A DNA stretch of 64,000 nucleotides from Laetmonice hystrix (taxonomy: Eukaryota): assembly GCA_965235115.1 (NCBI GenBank), contig OZ249437.1, positions 42,532,001 to 42,596,000 of the forward strand, in the 5' to 3' direction. Position numbers and translations under genes: made by a program. Within the stretch, counting starts at the first letter, position 1. Each line of letters starts with the position of its first letter. The notes below the pieces were generated by a model. The model worked only from the letters and a program-made list of their open reading frames with translations, was not told the origin of the DNA and did not search any database. Below, piece after piece: positions 49,521-62,825 of the stretch.

Positions 49521-52500
49521 GGGGAGGGGTGGAGGGGGTGTGGATCAGATGTTACCTCGCCAAGCAGACTGATAACACGGCCCAAGGCCAGACCTCTCTC
49601 TGTGAGCATCCTCTTGAAGATTCACCATCAAAGACTCAATATGCCATTTTGCTCAGTGAACAGGAAAGGAATGGGTGCAGTCTCCACCTCAACATTTCGC
49701 TTACCTCAACGCTTATTATACACAGGGGAAAATCTCATACGAATAAAAATATAAATCCATCTCTTTCGTATGCATTACTTCTACAGCGTTGTTAGGAATT
49801 AACAATCGCCATCAAGAATCTAACGAAATGATATGAACGAGAAACTCTTCCTCTCATGGTGAGTTATCAGAATGATGCTGTGAAACGTAAGCCTCGTTGT
49901 CTCGTGATAGCGGGCATCAAAAAACCAACACTGTAATCAAAAAACCAACACTGTAAATTAAACCGGACATTGACCGCCACAAAAATAGCTCCAACTGATA
50001 CAGTACCACTTCCGGCTTGTGACCGAGCTCAGCTAAACCATATATAACTCGTGTAGTAGTCGTACCAGGCTGTGCCACACGGCTGTTACCACAGGGACCC
50101 GGCTCGGACAGCAATGCACGCGCCTACCCAACACTCAACACGTCGCCAAAATCCAGTCCCCTCCACTGCTTGGTTGAAGAAACCGATTTCTACGTAATCC
50201 CCGTCGTCCGTCTAAAGTCTGTTATTACGCTAACCTGTTTGAGGGGGTCATAAATGTGCTCAAGACGTAGGTGTCGGCGCCAATAATTGAGTGGTGGTTG
50301 TTGTGAAGTATGGTAGGAGCTGTGGCCATGAATATCAATGTGATTGATCGATGTGGGTGTATGGATCGGCTGAGGGTCTGACTGAGGGACAGCACCTCGT
50401 CGTCTGGCCGTCTTCATTAAATGACACGAGTGGGAGGTGGGAGGTGGGAGGGGCTCTCGTCTTGCTGCGTGCTGGCTAACATAGCCGATCCGTTGATAGT
50501 ACAATGTACTAGTTTAATCACACAAGGTTTGTTTTTGGACTAACAGTGTTACTGAAGTGGATGTCTACTTTGTTACTGAGACAATGACCACGGAAACGTT
50601 GGGCTACATGTCGACAAGTCAGAGCGGGGGTGATCCCCTCGTACAAACGTGTTTACGTCTAGGCAGACAAGCTATTCCACCATATGAGGTTACACGCCAT
50701 TCATACAACCAGGTCTCATCAGGTTCTGGCACCTAAATTTGTCGGGAGAAGGGACATCCATTTCCTGCCTCTGTCACCCTTGACATGACCGGAACCCCGG
50801 GGGAGACAGCCGTGGGGACAGGGGGCTGGGAGCCCCCGCCACCCCCCGACCGCCCTCATCATGTCTGACCGTACCGTACCCCGCCTACCACGGCCGCCTA
50901 CCACACTAAACCAATCTCTCCGACCGTCTCTCACTCTGAATGAGATCGCCCCCCTTATAGAGATATATGGGGCATTCATAATGAAGCTTGTTAAAGGATA
51001 GCTTGGAGATTTGACGGTGGCTTATCGTCGGCTCGGGCCATGGGTCTGAGGTGGTCTGGGTTAGAGCTAGGCGACTTAGAACATTTTGAGGAGCGGCTTG
51101 CTGATCGGAGAGAACGAGAGAGAGAGAGAGAGACGTGGAGAGTGAGCGAGTGATACGGACCGTGGGAGACATCCATTCGGTCGAGGCCGATTTGGCCAGT
51201 GCTGGCCACGTGGACAAGCCAAAATGTCAACCAATTGTTAGCCTGCCTCCTCTGGCCCCCGACTTCATTACTCAGTGCAGCCTGTCGTGTCTGTCTGTCC
51301 GTCCTCCACCACTCGGCCTGGCTCTCAGTCTGACGTCTTCAGTACCTGCCATTGTACGAGCTCAGGTTGTAGCAATCGTAATACATAACATTGTGAAGAA
51401 TCAAACACACGCCCGTAGTCTTACGATCAGAGGTTTGGACGGTATTCCTACCACAAACTTATATTTCCATCAGAAGGTTTCTCCAACAGTTGCGCTGTCT
51501 CTTCTTGTGCTTTAACAGCGACTCAGTTGGTGAGGTCCATCGCTTCATCCACGCCAGTTAATTAGACTAACAGAACCTTGCGCTCTGAATGATACCACAA
51601 CTGTATCACCAACAATTCTACATGCCACCTAATATTACGTATGTAATCTTTTCGTTCACGTCCTTCTATTTATAGTCTCTATATATTCACAATATTCCTA
51701 TAGTTTCCTGAAAGCGCACTGAGTAGAGCCATCAATCCCGCCCAGCCCTTGGAGCGCGACCCGTGACGTGAGGGCATTATTCACGAGAGACCCATCCTTC
51801 TGGTGAATGAAGAGGGAAACTTACATGATATGCTGGCTACAATGTACGGAAATAAGGTAATAATAGTAGCTTGTTCACCATCCTCTCCCCCACACAAACT
51901 TACCCACGTCACACTTTCTACAAGGATGTCATGGAGACAGTTTTATTCCTGCTAGAGCCCCATCCCACTATCTCCACCACCACCACCCCCTCACACACCG
52001 ACAAGAAGGCCACTGGCTTGTTACCACATCAACGCCTCCTTTGGCCCAACGCACACCTTGAAGCACTTAGGCTAATTCCATTATTACACTGAACATACAG
52101 AATTTCCTTCCTGAAGACCCAACGCTCCGTACTGGCTGACAATACTGGTATTATGTGAAGATTTCAATACATGGGCTCAGATTTCAATTTCGCATTCTCT
52201 GCTTCCTAACTTTGTAAAAGTGTCATCAATAAATATTTACGTTACGTGTGGTTAAAAGTGATAATACCTAGAAAAACCTAACTTTCAACGTAACAAAGAC
52301 TTCATAACTATAGAAACAAGTCCTTTTATCGTAATGCACTATTTCGGCGTTGTCATTGAGACCGTAATATATGTAAAAATGAGCTCCTTATATCTGCCCT
52401 CCAGAATTAAATCGATGACATTAAATAAGAAATCTTGTCGGAAGACGGTAACATAAGATGTGAAAGACTCGGGGACACGAAGCTGGCTACCTTCTGATTG

Positions 52501-53694
52501 ATTTCCTGTTCCATGAGAAATCCACTCAGGAAGTAGCCTCAGGGTTGGTCGTATCATGTCGGCTTGTTTTTCCCGGGTATGTAGATATAATATGTAAGTC
52601 TATATAGCCTCAGGATGCTCTCTTACAACTATCTTTTTTATTGCTGCCTGATGAATATGGCCACTAGGAAGGTAGCGTGATGCCGCATGCAATCACAATC
52701 AAATACATACAAAGGCAATGGTTTGCTATCCTTTCTGTCGCAGCTTGGCGTGCGAGATTTAAAACTACTGCCATTCTCTATATACTCTACCCACGCACTT
52801 CAACAACTGCCATCCAAAAACATGTCCCAAGTGTGCATAGTTTGGTAGCCCTGAGGCATTTTACTGAAAGAGCAGGGTTCGCTCCTTCTGATGTTCTCCG
52901 GCTGGTCTCCGAACGTTTCACGTTTGGTTTGAGCGATGAACTTCGCCTGTAAATCGTAATCACTAAGGCCATGTGCATCTTCTCAAGTCTAGAAATGATC
53001 GTAAAGTCCTTGAGCATCACTCAAGTAATTCACTCCTATAATAATTCAGTGGTGACTCTTGATGTATTCAGCTAGACTGAGTGATTCTGGCCGAATTATT
53101 CTGTCTTCTACATCCATGGACATGAAACAGGATTTTACGGTTAGGCCACAAATCTATCACGTGATTCACACCCTGGAGACCAGAGACCTGCGCATGGACT
53201 AGACGACCTGCGCATGGACTAGACGACCTGTAAAATATTCACGATTAATATCTGTATCGACAGACAGACATTTTCTATCCTTCTCTTCCCTCGTTATTTG
53301 TGACAAGAAGAACGGGCCGGCTGTCTCCCAAAGACAAAGTCTGGGGTGGACCCAGGAGAACAAATACCACTTGGCCATCTCTCACCGACTCTGGTAACTA
53401 CATCTCAATCTCAATCAATACGCCAGCTGTAGAACTCCTAGACGACAGTGGGTTGGGAGTTGGGGAAGCCGGCCCACTGGAGGTGTAGGGTGGAGGTGGG
53501 GGATGGGGGTGGGGGTGGGTGGTCTGTACCCCGAGGTCCGGCCTAAGGTTACCGTTCACATTCACCCAGACTGCCCGCCAAGGACCAGTGTCTAAGACCG
53601 GGCCGCACTGGTCTCTGTTGAAATACAAGTCCCCTTTATTTCCCCGGCCTAATACGCTGTGAAGCCAGGGATCACTTCAGATAACATCGATTCT

Positions 53695-54948
53695 GGACCA
53701 TGCTTCTGTTCCTCTGTGACCAGTGCATCCCTTAGACCCCTGCCTCCTGTCGACCGTCTGACCGGGACCATGCTTCTGTTCCTCTGTGACCAGTGCATCC
53801 TTAGACCCCTGCCTCCTGTCGACCGTCTGTCCGGGACCATGCTTCTGTTCCTCTGTGACCAGTGCATCCCTTAGACCCCTGCCCCCTGTCGACCGTCTGT
53901 CTGGGACCATGCTTCTGTTCCTCTGTGACCAGTGCATCCCTTAGACCCCTGCCCCCTGTCGACCGTCTGTCTGGGACCATGCTTCTGTTCCTCTGTGACC
54001 AGTGCATCCCTTAGATCCCTGCCCCCTGTCGACCGTCTGTCTGGGACCATGCTTCTGTTCCTCTGTGACCAGTGCATCCCTTAGACCCCTGCCCCCTGTC
54101 GACCGTCTGTCTGGGACCATGCTTCTGTTCCTCTGTGACCAGTGCATCCCTTAGACCCCTGCCCCCTGTCGACCGTCTGTCCGGGACCATGCTTCTGTTC
54201 CTCTGTGACCAGTGCATCCCTTAGACCCCTGCCTCCTGTCGACCGTCTGTCCGGGACCATGCTTCTGTTCCTCTGTGACCAGTGCATCCCTTAGACCCCT
54301 GCCTCCTGTCGACCGTCTGTCCGGGACCATGCTTCTGTTCCTCTGTGACCAGTGCATCCCTTATACCCCTGCCCCCTGTCGACCGTCTGTCCGGGACCAT
54401 GCTTCTGTTCCTCTGTGACCAGTGCATCCCTTTGACCCCTGCCCCCTGTCGACCGTCTGTCTGGGACCATGCTTCTGTTCCTCTGTGACCAGTGCATCCC
54501 TTAGACCCCTGCCTCCTGTCGACCGTCTGTCTGGGACCATGCTTCTGTTCCTCTGTGACCAGTGCATCCCTTTGACCCCTGCCCCCTGTCGACCGTCTGT
54601 CTGGGACCATGCTTCTGTTCCTCTGTGACCAGTGCATCCCTTATACCCCTGCCCCCTGTCGACCGTCTGTCTGGGACCATGCTTCTGTTCCTCTGTGACC
54701 AGTGCATCCCTTAGACCCCTGCCTCCTGTCGACCGTCTGTCTGGGACCATGCTTCTGTTCCTCTGTGACCAGTGCATCCCTTAGACCCCTGCCTCCTGTC
54801 GACCGTCTGTCTGGGACCATGCTTCTGTTCCTCTGTGACCAGTGCATCCCTTAGACCCCTGCCTCCTGTCGACCGTCTGTCTGGGACCATGCTTCTGTTC
54901 CTCTGTGACCAGTGCATCCCTTAGACCCCTGCCTCCTGTCGACCGTCT
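53695..54948. repeat. Minisatellite, 70-bp unit x about 18
   Basis: ggaccatgcttctgttcctctgtgaccagtgcatcccttagacccctgcc(c/t)cctgtcgaccgtctgtc(c/t)g repeated; explains all ORFs in 53649-55045. Confidence 0.98.
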
Positions 54949-55095
54949 GGGACAGGCCAGCCGCAACCATCAGTCGTCTAGATTAAGACCTTTCAGCGGA
55001 AATCATACCATTCGTCAAGACAAACAAACCTTGCACAGACAATAATAATATATTGACCTGAGGGTTAACAAAGGCTCTCCCGGAAAATACACTGC

Positions 55096-55208
55096 GGGAA
55101 CTGCGTGTACTATGTCCAGGTAGGATGTGACCGGGAACCGCGTGTACTATGTCCAGGTAGGATGTGACCGGGAACCGCGTGTACTATGTCCAGGTAGGAT
55201 GTGACCGG
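55096..55208. repeat. Tandem repeat, 37-bp unit x3
   Basis: gggaac(c/t)gcgtgtactatgtccaggtaggatgtgacc repeated. Confidence 0.93.
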
Positions 55209-55872
55209 ATCTTCCTTTAGACGATAACTTCCATTTTAACCATTTAATGACTGGGTGAAAAAGGTAGCACCTGTTCAAAATCCCTACTTAGATCCGCTGT
55301 GCGCCTTCCGCAATCAATATTTCAGCTGCAAGAAGTTCGGAGTCATTCAGCCCATCAGCAAGGGGCCTTGTTCATCGTTAGATATATTTTTCGAAAAGCC
55401 AGCTCCATTCCGGCCTTGAATGCTTTGTGGAGACTATAGTTCAATGTTGACAGCCTTTTGATCTACTGCTGCCTCTGGGATGCTAAAGTGATGCTCACAT
55501 TCGGCCATGCACAACTCCCACTATTGACTTTGAAGTTGTTGTTCGGCCACAAGGAGCATAAAATCTATCGACTTTCGCCACTACTAAACGTTTACATTTT
55601 CTTCTAAGGGTTAGCACCACTTGACAAACTGAAGGACAGCACTCAAGGGTCTCCTTTGTACCCTTTTCGATCTTCTACAACGTGCCAAGGGTCGGGATTT
55701 TAACCCGCCAATATAATAGTGGTGTTTTTACTACTAACTGTATGCATCTTTATATCTTCCCTCTTGGATACTAAACCTTGCGAGGACCTCAGTTAATCTT
55801 CAATAACACCGTGGACGTGTATTATCCTTGGGCACTCGGTCAGGAACCATGATGACAACATCAATATCGCAC

Positions 55873-56762
55873 AAACCGTGGTTTACTGACCAAGCTCTGG
55901 GTCTCACAAACCGTGGTTTGGTGGCCAAGCTCTGGGTCTCACAAACAGTGGTTTACTGATCAAGTTCTGGGTCTCACAAACAGTGGTTTACTGACCAAGC
56001 TCTGGGTCTCACAAACCGTGGTTTACTGACCAACCTCTGGGTCTCACAAACAGTGGTTTACTGACCAAGCTCTGGGTCTCACAAACCGTGGTTTACTGAC
56101 CAAGCTCTGGGTCTCACAAACCGTGGTTTACTGACCAAGCTCTGGGTCTCACAAACCGTGGTTTACTGACCAAGCTCTGGGTCTCACAAACCGTGGTTTA
56201 CTTACCAAACTCTGGGTCTCACAAACCGTGGTTTACTGACCAAACTCTGGGTCTCACAAACCGTGGTTTACTTACCAAACTCTGGGTCTCACAAACCGTG
56301 GTTTACTGACCAAGCCCTGGGTCTCACAAACCGTGGTTTACTGACCAATCTCTGGGTCTCACAAACCGTGGTTTACTGACCAAGCTCTGGGTTCCACAAA
56401 CCGTGGTTTGGTGGCCAAGTTCTGGGTCTCACAAACCGTGGTTTACTGACCAAGCTCTGGGTCTCACAAACCGTGGTTTACTGACCAAACTCTGGGTCTC
56501 ACAAACCGTGGTTTACTGACCAAGCCCTGGGTCTCACAAACAGTGGTTTACTGACCAAGCTCTGGGTCTCACAAACCGTGGTTTACTGACCAACCTCTGG
56601 GTCTCACAAACCGTGGTTTACTGACCAAGCTCTGGGTCTCACAAACCGTGGTTTACTGATCAAGCTCTGGGTCTCACAAACCGTGGTTTACTGACCAAGC
56701 TCTGGGTCTCACAAACCGTGGTTTACTGACCAAGCTCTGGGTCTCACAAACCGTGGTTTACC
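55873..56762. repeat. Minisatellite, 35-bp unit x about 25
   Basis: cacaaaccgtggtttactgaccaagctctgggtct repeated; each unit carries an AAACC-GT-GGTTT inverted repeat. Confidence 0.98.
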
Positions 56763-57309
56763 GTTGGTGGCCAAACTCGGATTCTCACAAACGGTGATAA
56801 ACTGACCAGCGATTTCTCAACTGGTATTATGTGGCAAAATCTTGATATGATCTCAGAAATTGGATACCTGCAACGAACGCGAGTGTCTTCCAAATGGAAT
56901 GCTGGTGGCGAGGTCAACAGAGAGTGAACTCCAAGCCAATGTAATGGCAAGGTGGTCCTAAGGTCACGGCACGCCAAACACTAGCAACTGGTAAAGTCGG
57001 GGCAATTTGGAGGCTGGAATGGACGGTAGGCCTATGTGTATGTTGGTATGACTGGCCATCTGGACATCGAAGTGCTCTCTGCCCATTTCATGAAATCTTT
57101 ATTTGTTGGAGTCAGCTGCCTGTCCACTGGCACTTCTGCGTTACCATAGTAACAAATTTGGTGGGGCTCAAATGGCTGACAGTTACCCTGTACAGAGATG
57201 GGGGCTCATCGATTACGAAGACGTTTCAGCCCAGCAATACTTCTATGATTCAATTAGGAATACAGAAAATGTGACCGACTTTGGATTCTTTAATATATGA
57301 ATGAGTGCT

Positions 57310-57757
57310 GGTCTTCATGTGGCTGAGTGGTAACCTTCATGTGGCTGAGTGGTAACTTTCATGTGGGCTTTATATGGCTGAGTGGTAACCTTCATGTGGC
57401 TGAGTGGTAACCTTCATGTGGCTGAGTGGTAACCTTCATGTGGCTGAGTGGTAACCTTCATGTGGCTGAGTGGTACCCTTCATGTGGCAGATTGGTAACC
57501 TTCATGTGGCTGAGTGGTAACCTTCATGTGGCCTTTATGTGGCTGAGTGGTAACCTTAATGTGGCTGAGTGGTACCCTTCATGTGGCAGATTGGTAACCT
57601 TCATGTGGCCTTTATGTGGCTGAGTGGTAACCTTCATGTGGCCTCGATGTGGCTGAGTGGTAACCTTCATGTGGCCTTCATGTGGCTGAGTGGTACCCTT
57701 CATGTGGCTGATTGATGGCCTTCATGTGGCTGAGTGGTATCCTTCATGTGGCCTTTA
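57310..57757. repeat. Minisatellite built from 22-bp units and 11-bp half-units
   Basis: ccttcatgtggctgagtggtaa interspersed with cctt(c/t)atgtgg half-units. Confidence 0.94.
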
Positions 57758-59183
57758 TGTGATTGGGCAATGGCCTGTGTGACTACTGACCGGGACCATT
57801 CAAGAGTTCTTCCGCCAGATGTCGTCACAATGTGTAGTCATGTCCGCCAAATGACCAATGACATCCCATTGGTGACTGGCTATCAGTTAATATCGGTACA
57901 TTCCTAGCAATCCCTCTAAATAAAGGCATCATCCATTCTGCTTGCAAAACCCTCCTCCTACTATAAAAAGACAGATAAAAAATGTTGAAACAATCAAATC
58001 CATGACACGGCGGAAACTAAATCAATTTACAAATGTTTTTGTGGTATTAAATTGTTTTAGATGGACTTCTGTTTTACCGAGAAAGGGGAAAATGGTTTCA
58101 GGTCACAACATTTGTCACCTGCCCAGTTATTATGAACTGAAATATTTCATCCATGAAACTTAACTCATGCTATGTGTGTTTTAGTTGACGGGCTAATAAA
58201 GCAAATTCAATTTTCTCAATATTGATTCCAAAAAGACGTTTTTTTTCCGCATTTAACGCTAAAATCCAAAAATGACATGGACGCGACCTTTCCAGCATTT
58301 TCACGTCAAAATGGCAGAATAAAATACGCAGCGATCCCCAGAGAAATCTGGAGAGCAGGAACCAGACTCTCATTTCTTTGTTAAGATAATTATTGATTGG
58401 TATAAATACCAGAACCATGCCCGTCTCTCTGAGAGCCGGTACCAGAGGTAGACGAATTCTTGGTTTTTTTTCCGTTTCCAGCCAAGAGGCAACACGTCAA
58501 ACTAAAGAAGCCTCATTCGTGAAAATAAACGTATCAGACGGTCCCTGCTATGACTCGTCATTAAACACATATCTTAATTTAGCCTCAGGCTCGCCTGTCG
58601 TCGAAGCGTATCACTGCTACTGGCTGAGCCGCACTCAAACGCAATATGTGTCGGTTCTGTGCCACACGCAAGGGGAGAGTCGGCAGCAGTCGGTATTGAC
58701 TATTGACAGTCGGTACCAGCGCTTACCTCGGCACTGCCAACTTTACCCTCACATCTTGCTCTCAAGTAATCCACTCCTCTTTATAGTATTTATGGTAAGG
58801 CTCGGAGAAACAAGTCACATCTCGTCTTGCAAATCTGTACCATGACTTTCTTGACTCGATATCATTCAACTGAGGACAGGTATTAAACTTCGGTGCGATA
58901 GGCAAAGAAATGTCATAGTTTCACCATCGGCACCGATTTATTAAGTGAAATCCCACAATGTCTGATTCCCACGATTTTATCATCACTGAATACAACTAAA
59001 AACACCAAACTTGACCCCCAGGGCCCCGCCATGAATTACCAACATCACTCACATTTCGTTATTCAATCCTTTTATAACGTTTGTTAGCTGAATCAGCACA
59101 TAGTACAATTTGAGCGTTACAAACCTATAGGTGCGAGTGGATGTTATTCTCAGCGTTCCCACAACCTCTGCCCGCATTTCATT

Positions 59184-59433
59184 AACAGTCGACCGGCACT
59201 ATACACTCAACTAGGCCCTACCTCTGTAAATAACAGTCGACCGGCACTATACAGTCAACTACCTCTGTAAATAACAGTCGACCGGCACTATACAGTCAAC
59301 TACCTCTGTAAATAACAGTCGACCGGCACTATACAGTCAACTACCTCTGTAAATAACAGTCGACCGGCACTATACAGTCAACTACCTCTGTAAATAACAG
59401 TCGACCGGCACTATACAGTCAACTACCTCTGTA
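59184..59433. repeat. Minisatellite, 41-bp unit x about 6
   Basis: aacagtcgaccggcactatacagtcaactacctctgtaaat repeated. Confidence 0.96.
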
Positions 59434-60294
59434 ATATAAACGCATCCAGAAGCGACTTACTGAATGATTTAATGCACGATTATTCGTATATAACATAATA
59501 TAAATACATATTTCATGCCGTGGTCTTTCACTCAACAAGTTCCAAATTTCTAGGAGCGTCCGTTAAGCCGTGGTCACTTTTTAATGACCAAGAAGTGGAA
59601 TGATGCCAGTCATTAACCCGAAGCCCCAACCGAAGCACTTAGCTGTTAGCCGTGTGTAAGTACTAATGACGGCACCTGGGACACCATTAACATGTACCTG
59701 CCAGCAGTCGTAACAAATTGACTTGGAGCGTTCCTTGTCAGCACTGCTTGTAGACAACAGTTTACTGTCTTGTCTTCCATCCTGTTTACAGTTGATTCCC
59801 GCCTTTTTTACCCTTTCTCGCTCACTCAGGATACACTCCCCTAAACATAACCCGGTTTCTGGTTTAGTTTACACTGGGCCTGCACAGATCGACACCCCCA
59901 ACCTACTCTGAGCACGGGGGCGGGGGTGGGGGTGGGGCCGGGGTGGGGGGTGGGGGTCCTCCTCTGAAAACACACCTGTATTTTGGAAGCTGGTGTTGTT
60001 GATCTGGGAGTGAGTGTGTACTATGGTCTCACCTGTCGATGGTCTCACCTGTCGAGATACCTATCGCTATGTGACGGTCTCGGCAGTGCCTCCCATAAGG
60101 TGACATAAGTATACAACCTAACAAATTTACCAAACGTTTGACCTTTGTTTTCCTTCGCATTTTACTATTGCAGACACTGGGGACTCCAGGGGCAGGGGTG
60201 CGTTCCTCATCTATCGTTATCCTGTCGTGCGTTAAAATCCCCATTGAAAATACATTGGAGTCAACGATACGACAAGCTAACGACATGATGAGGA

Positions 60295-60555
60295 GGGTGG
60301 GTATTTGGGGTTTTACGCCTTGCAACAGCCAGGGTCATATCACGGCGGTGAAGATGATGATGAAAGTCAGTTTTTCTTGATGGAGGAAACCGGAGTGCCC
60401 GGAGGAAACCACCGACCTTCGGGAAGGAACTGACTGACAAACCTTTCACACATGCAGCCCTATCCGGGGATCGAACCCGGACCGCAGCGGTGTGAGGCGA
60501 TGGTCCTAGGTGTCATGAGCCAGCACCTTTGACCACTCGCCCACCCGAGGCCCCC
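60295..60555 (-). mobile_element. Full-length tRNA-derived SINE with a V/Meta-type central domain
   Basis: Minus strand: GGGGGCCTCGGGTGGGCGAGTGGTCAAAGG (A-box-like), GGTTCGATCCCC (B box), core GGTGGTTTCCTCCGGGCACTCCGGTTTCCTCC, and 3' end CCGCCGTGATATGACCCTGGCTGTTGCAAGGCGTAAAACCCCAAA. Flanked by a 12-bp TSD with one mismatch (acatgatgagga 60283-60294 / acacgatgagga 60556-60567). Confidence 0.9.
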
Positions 60556-60578
60556 ACACGATGAGGAACCCTCCCAGA

Positions 60579-62825
60579 GTGTGAACCATTCCCAATCCGT
60601 CCAGGATCGTGGTCTAATGCTCTAGAACTGTCCCCACAGTGTGTGAACCATTCCCAATCCGTCCTGGATCGTGGTCTAATGCTCTAGAACTGTCCCCACA
60701 GTGTGTGAACCATTCCCGATCCGTCCAGGATCGTGGTCTAGTGCTCTAGAACTGTCCCCACAGTGTGTGAACCATTCCCAATCCGTCCAGGATCGTGGTC
60801 TAATGCTCTAGAACTGTCCCCACAGTGTGTGAACCATTCCCGATCCGTCCAGAATCGTGGTCTAATGCTCTAGAACTGTCCCCACAGTGTGTGAACCATT
60901 CCCAATCCGTCCTGGATCGTGGTCTAATGCTCTAGAACTGTCCCCACAGTGTGTGAACCATTCCCGCCCGATCCGTCCAGGATCGTGGTCTAGTGCTCTA
61001 GAACTGTCCCCACAGTGTGTGAACCATTCCTGATCCGTCCAGGATCGTGGTCTAATGCTCTAGAACTGTCCCCACAGTGTGTGAACCATTCCCAATCCGT
61101 CCAGGATCGTGGTCTAGTGCTCTAGAACTGTCCCCACAGTGTGTGAACCATTCCCGATCCGTCCAGGATCGTGGTCTAATGCTCTAGAACTGTCCCCACA
61201 GTGTGTGAACCATTCCCAATCCGTCCAGGATCGTGGTCTAATGCTCTAGAACTGTCCCCACAGTGTGTGAACCATTCCCGATCCGTCCAGGATCGTGGTC
61301 TAATGCTCTAGAACTGTCCCCACAGTGTGTGAACCATTCCTGATCCGTCCAGGATCGTGGTCTAATGCTCTAGAACTGTCCCCACAGTGTGTGAACCATT
61401 CCCGATCCGTCCAGGATCGTGGTCTAGTGCTCTAGAACTGTCCCCACAGTGTGTGAACCATTCCCAATCCGTCCAGGATCGTGGTCTAATGCTCTAGAAC
61501 TGTCCCCACAGTGTGTGAACCATTCCCAATCCGTCCAGGATCGTGGTCTAATGCTCTAGAACTGTCCCCACAGTGTGTGAACCATTCCCGATCCGTCCAG
61601 GATCGTGGTCTAATGCTCTAGAACTGTCCCCACAGTGTGTGAACCATTCCCAATCCGTCCAGGATCGTGGTCTAATGCTCTAGAACTGTCCCCACAGTGT
61701 GTGAACCATTCCCAATCCGTCCAGGATCGTGGTCTAGTGCTCTAGAACTGAACTGTCCCCACAGTGTGTGAACCATTCCCAATCCGTCCAGGATCGTGGT
61801 CTAATGCTCTAGAACTGTCCCCACAGTGTGTGAACCATTCCTGATCCGTCCAGGATCGTGGTCTAATGCTCTAGAACTGTCCCCACAGTGTGTGAACCAT
61901 TCCCAATCCGTCCAGGATCGTGGTCTAGTGCTCTAGAACTGAACTGTCCCCACAGTGTGTGAACCATTCCCAATCCGTCCAGGATCGTGGTCTAATGCTC
62001 TAGAACTGTCCCCACAGTGTGTGAACCATTCCTGATCCGTCCAGGATCGTGGTCTAATGCTGTAGAACTGTCCCCACAGTGTGTGAACCATTCCCGATCC
62101 GTCCAGGATCGTGGTCTAGTGCTCTAGAACTGTCCCCACAGTGTGTGAACCATTCCCAATCCGTCCAGGATCGTGGTCTAATGCTCTAGAACTGTCCCCA
62201 CAGTGTGTGAACCATTCCCGATCCGTCCAGGATCGTGGTCTAATGCTCTAGAACTGTCCCCACAGTGTGTGAACCATTCCCAATCCGTCCAGGATCGTGG
62301 TCTAGTGCTCTAGAACTGAACTGTCCCCACAGTGTGTGAACCATTCCCAATCCGTCCAGGATCGTGGTCTAATGCTCTAGAACTGTCCCCACAGTGTGTG
62401 AACCATTCCCAATCCGTCCAGGATCGTGGTCTAGTGCTCTAGAACTGAACTGTCCCCACAGTGTGTGAACCATTCCCAATCCGTCCAGGATCGTGGTCTA
62501 ATGCTCTAGAACTGTCCCCACAGTGTGTGAACCATTCCTGATCCGTCCAGGATCGTGGTCTAATGCTCTAGAACTGTCCCCACAGTGTGTGAACCATTCC
62601 CGATCCGTCCAGGATCGTGGTCTAGTGCTCTAGAACTGTCCCCACAGTGTGTGAACCATTCCCAATCCGTCCAGGATCGTGGTCTAATGCTCTAGAACTG
62701 TCCCCACAGTGTGTGAACCATTCCCGATCCGTCCAGGATCGTGGTCTAATGCTCTAGAACTGTCCCCACAGTGTGTGAACCATTCCCGATCCGTCCAGGA
62801 TCGTGGTCTAATGCTCTAGAACTGT
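60579..62825. repeat. Large minisatellite, 62-bp unit x about 36, with sequence variants
   Basis: gtgtgaaccattccc(a/g)atccgtccaggatcgtggtcta(a/g)tgctctagaactgtccccacagt repeated; some units carry an extra gaact. Confidence 0.98.

Noticed and set aside
53649-55045. Many 68-138-aa ORFs
   Set aside because: Artefacts of the 70-bp tandem repeat. The same applies to ORFs over the 17.4, 18.7, 19.8, 21.0, 33.7, 47.4 and 57.4 kb arrays.
60470-60555. tRNA-like sequence
   Set aside because: It is the head of a SINE (followed by core, tail and TSD) and does not form a complete cloverleaf gene.
53695-62825. CRISPR-like appearance of regular repeats
   Set aside because: Units are head-to-tail with no unique spacers, there are no cas genes, and the context is a eukaryotic intron.
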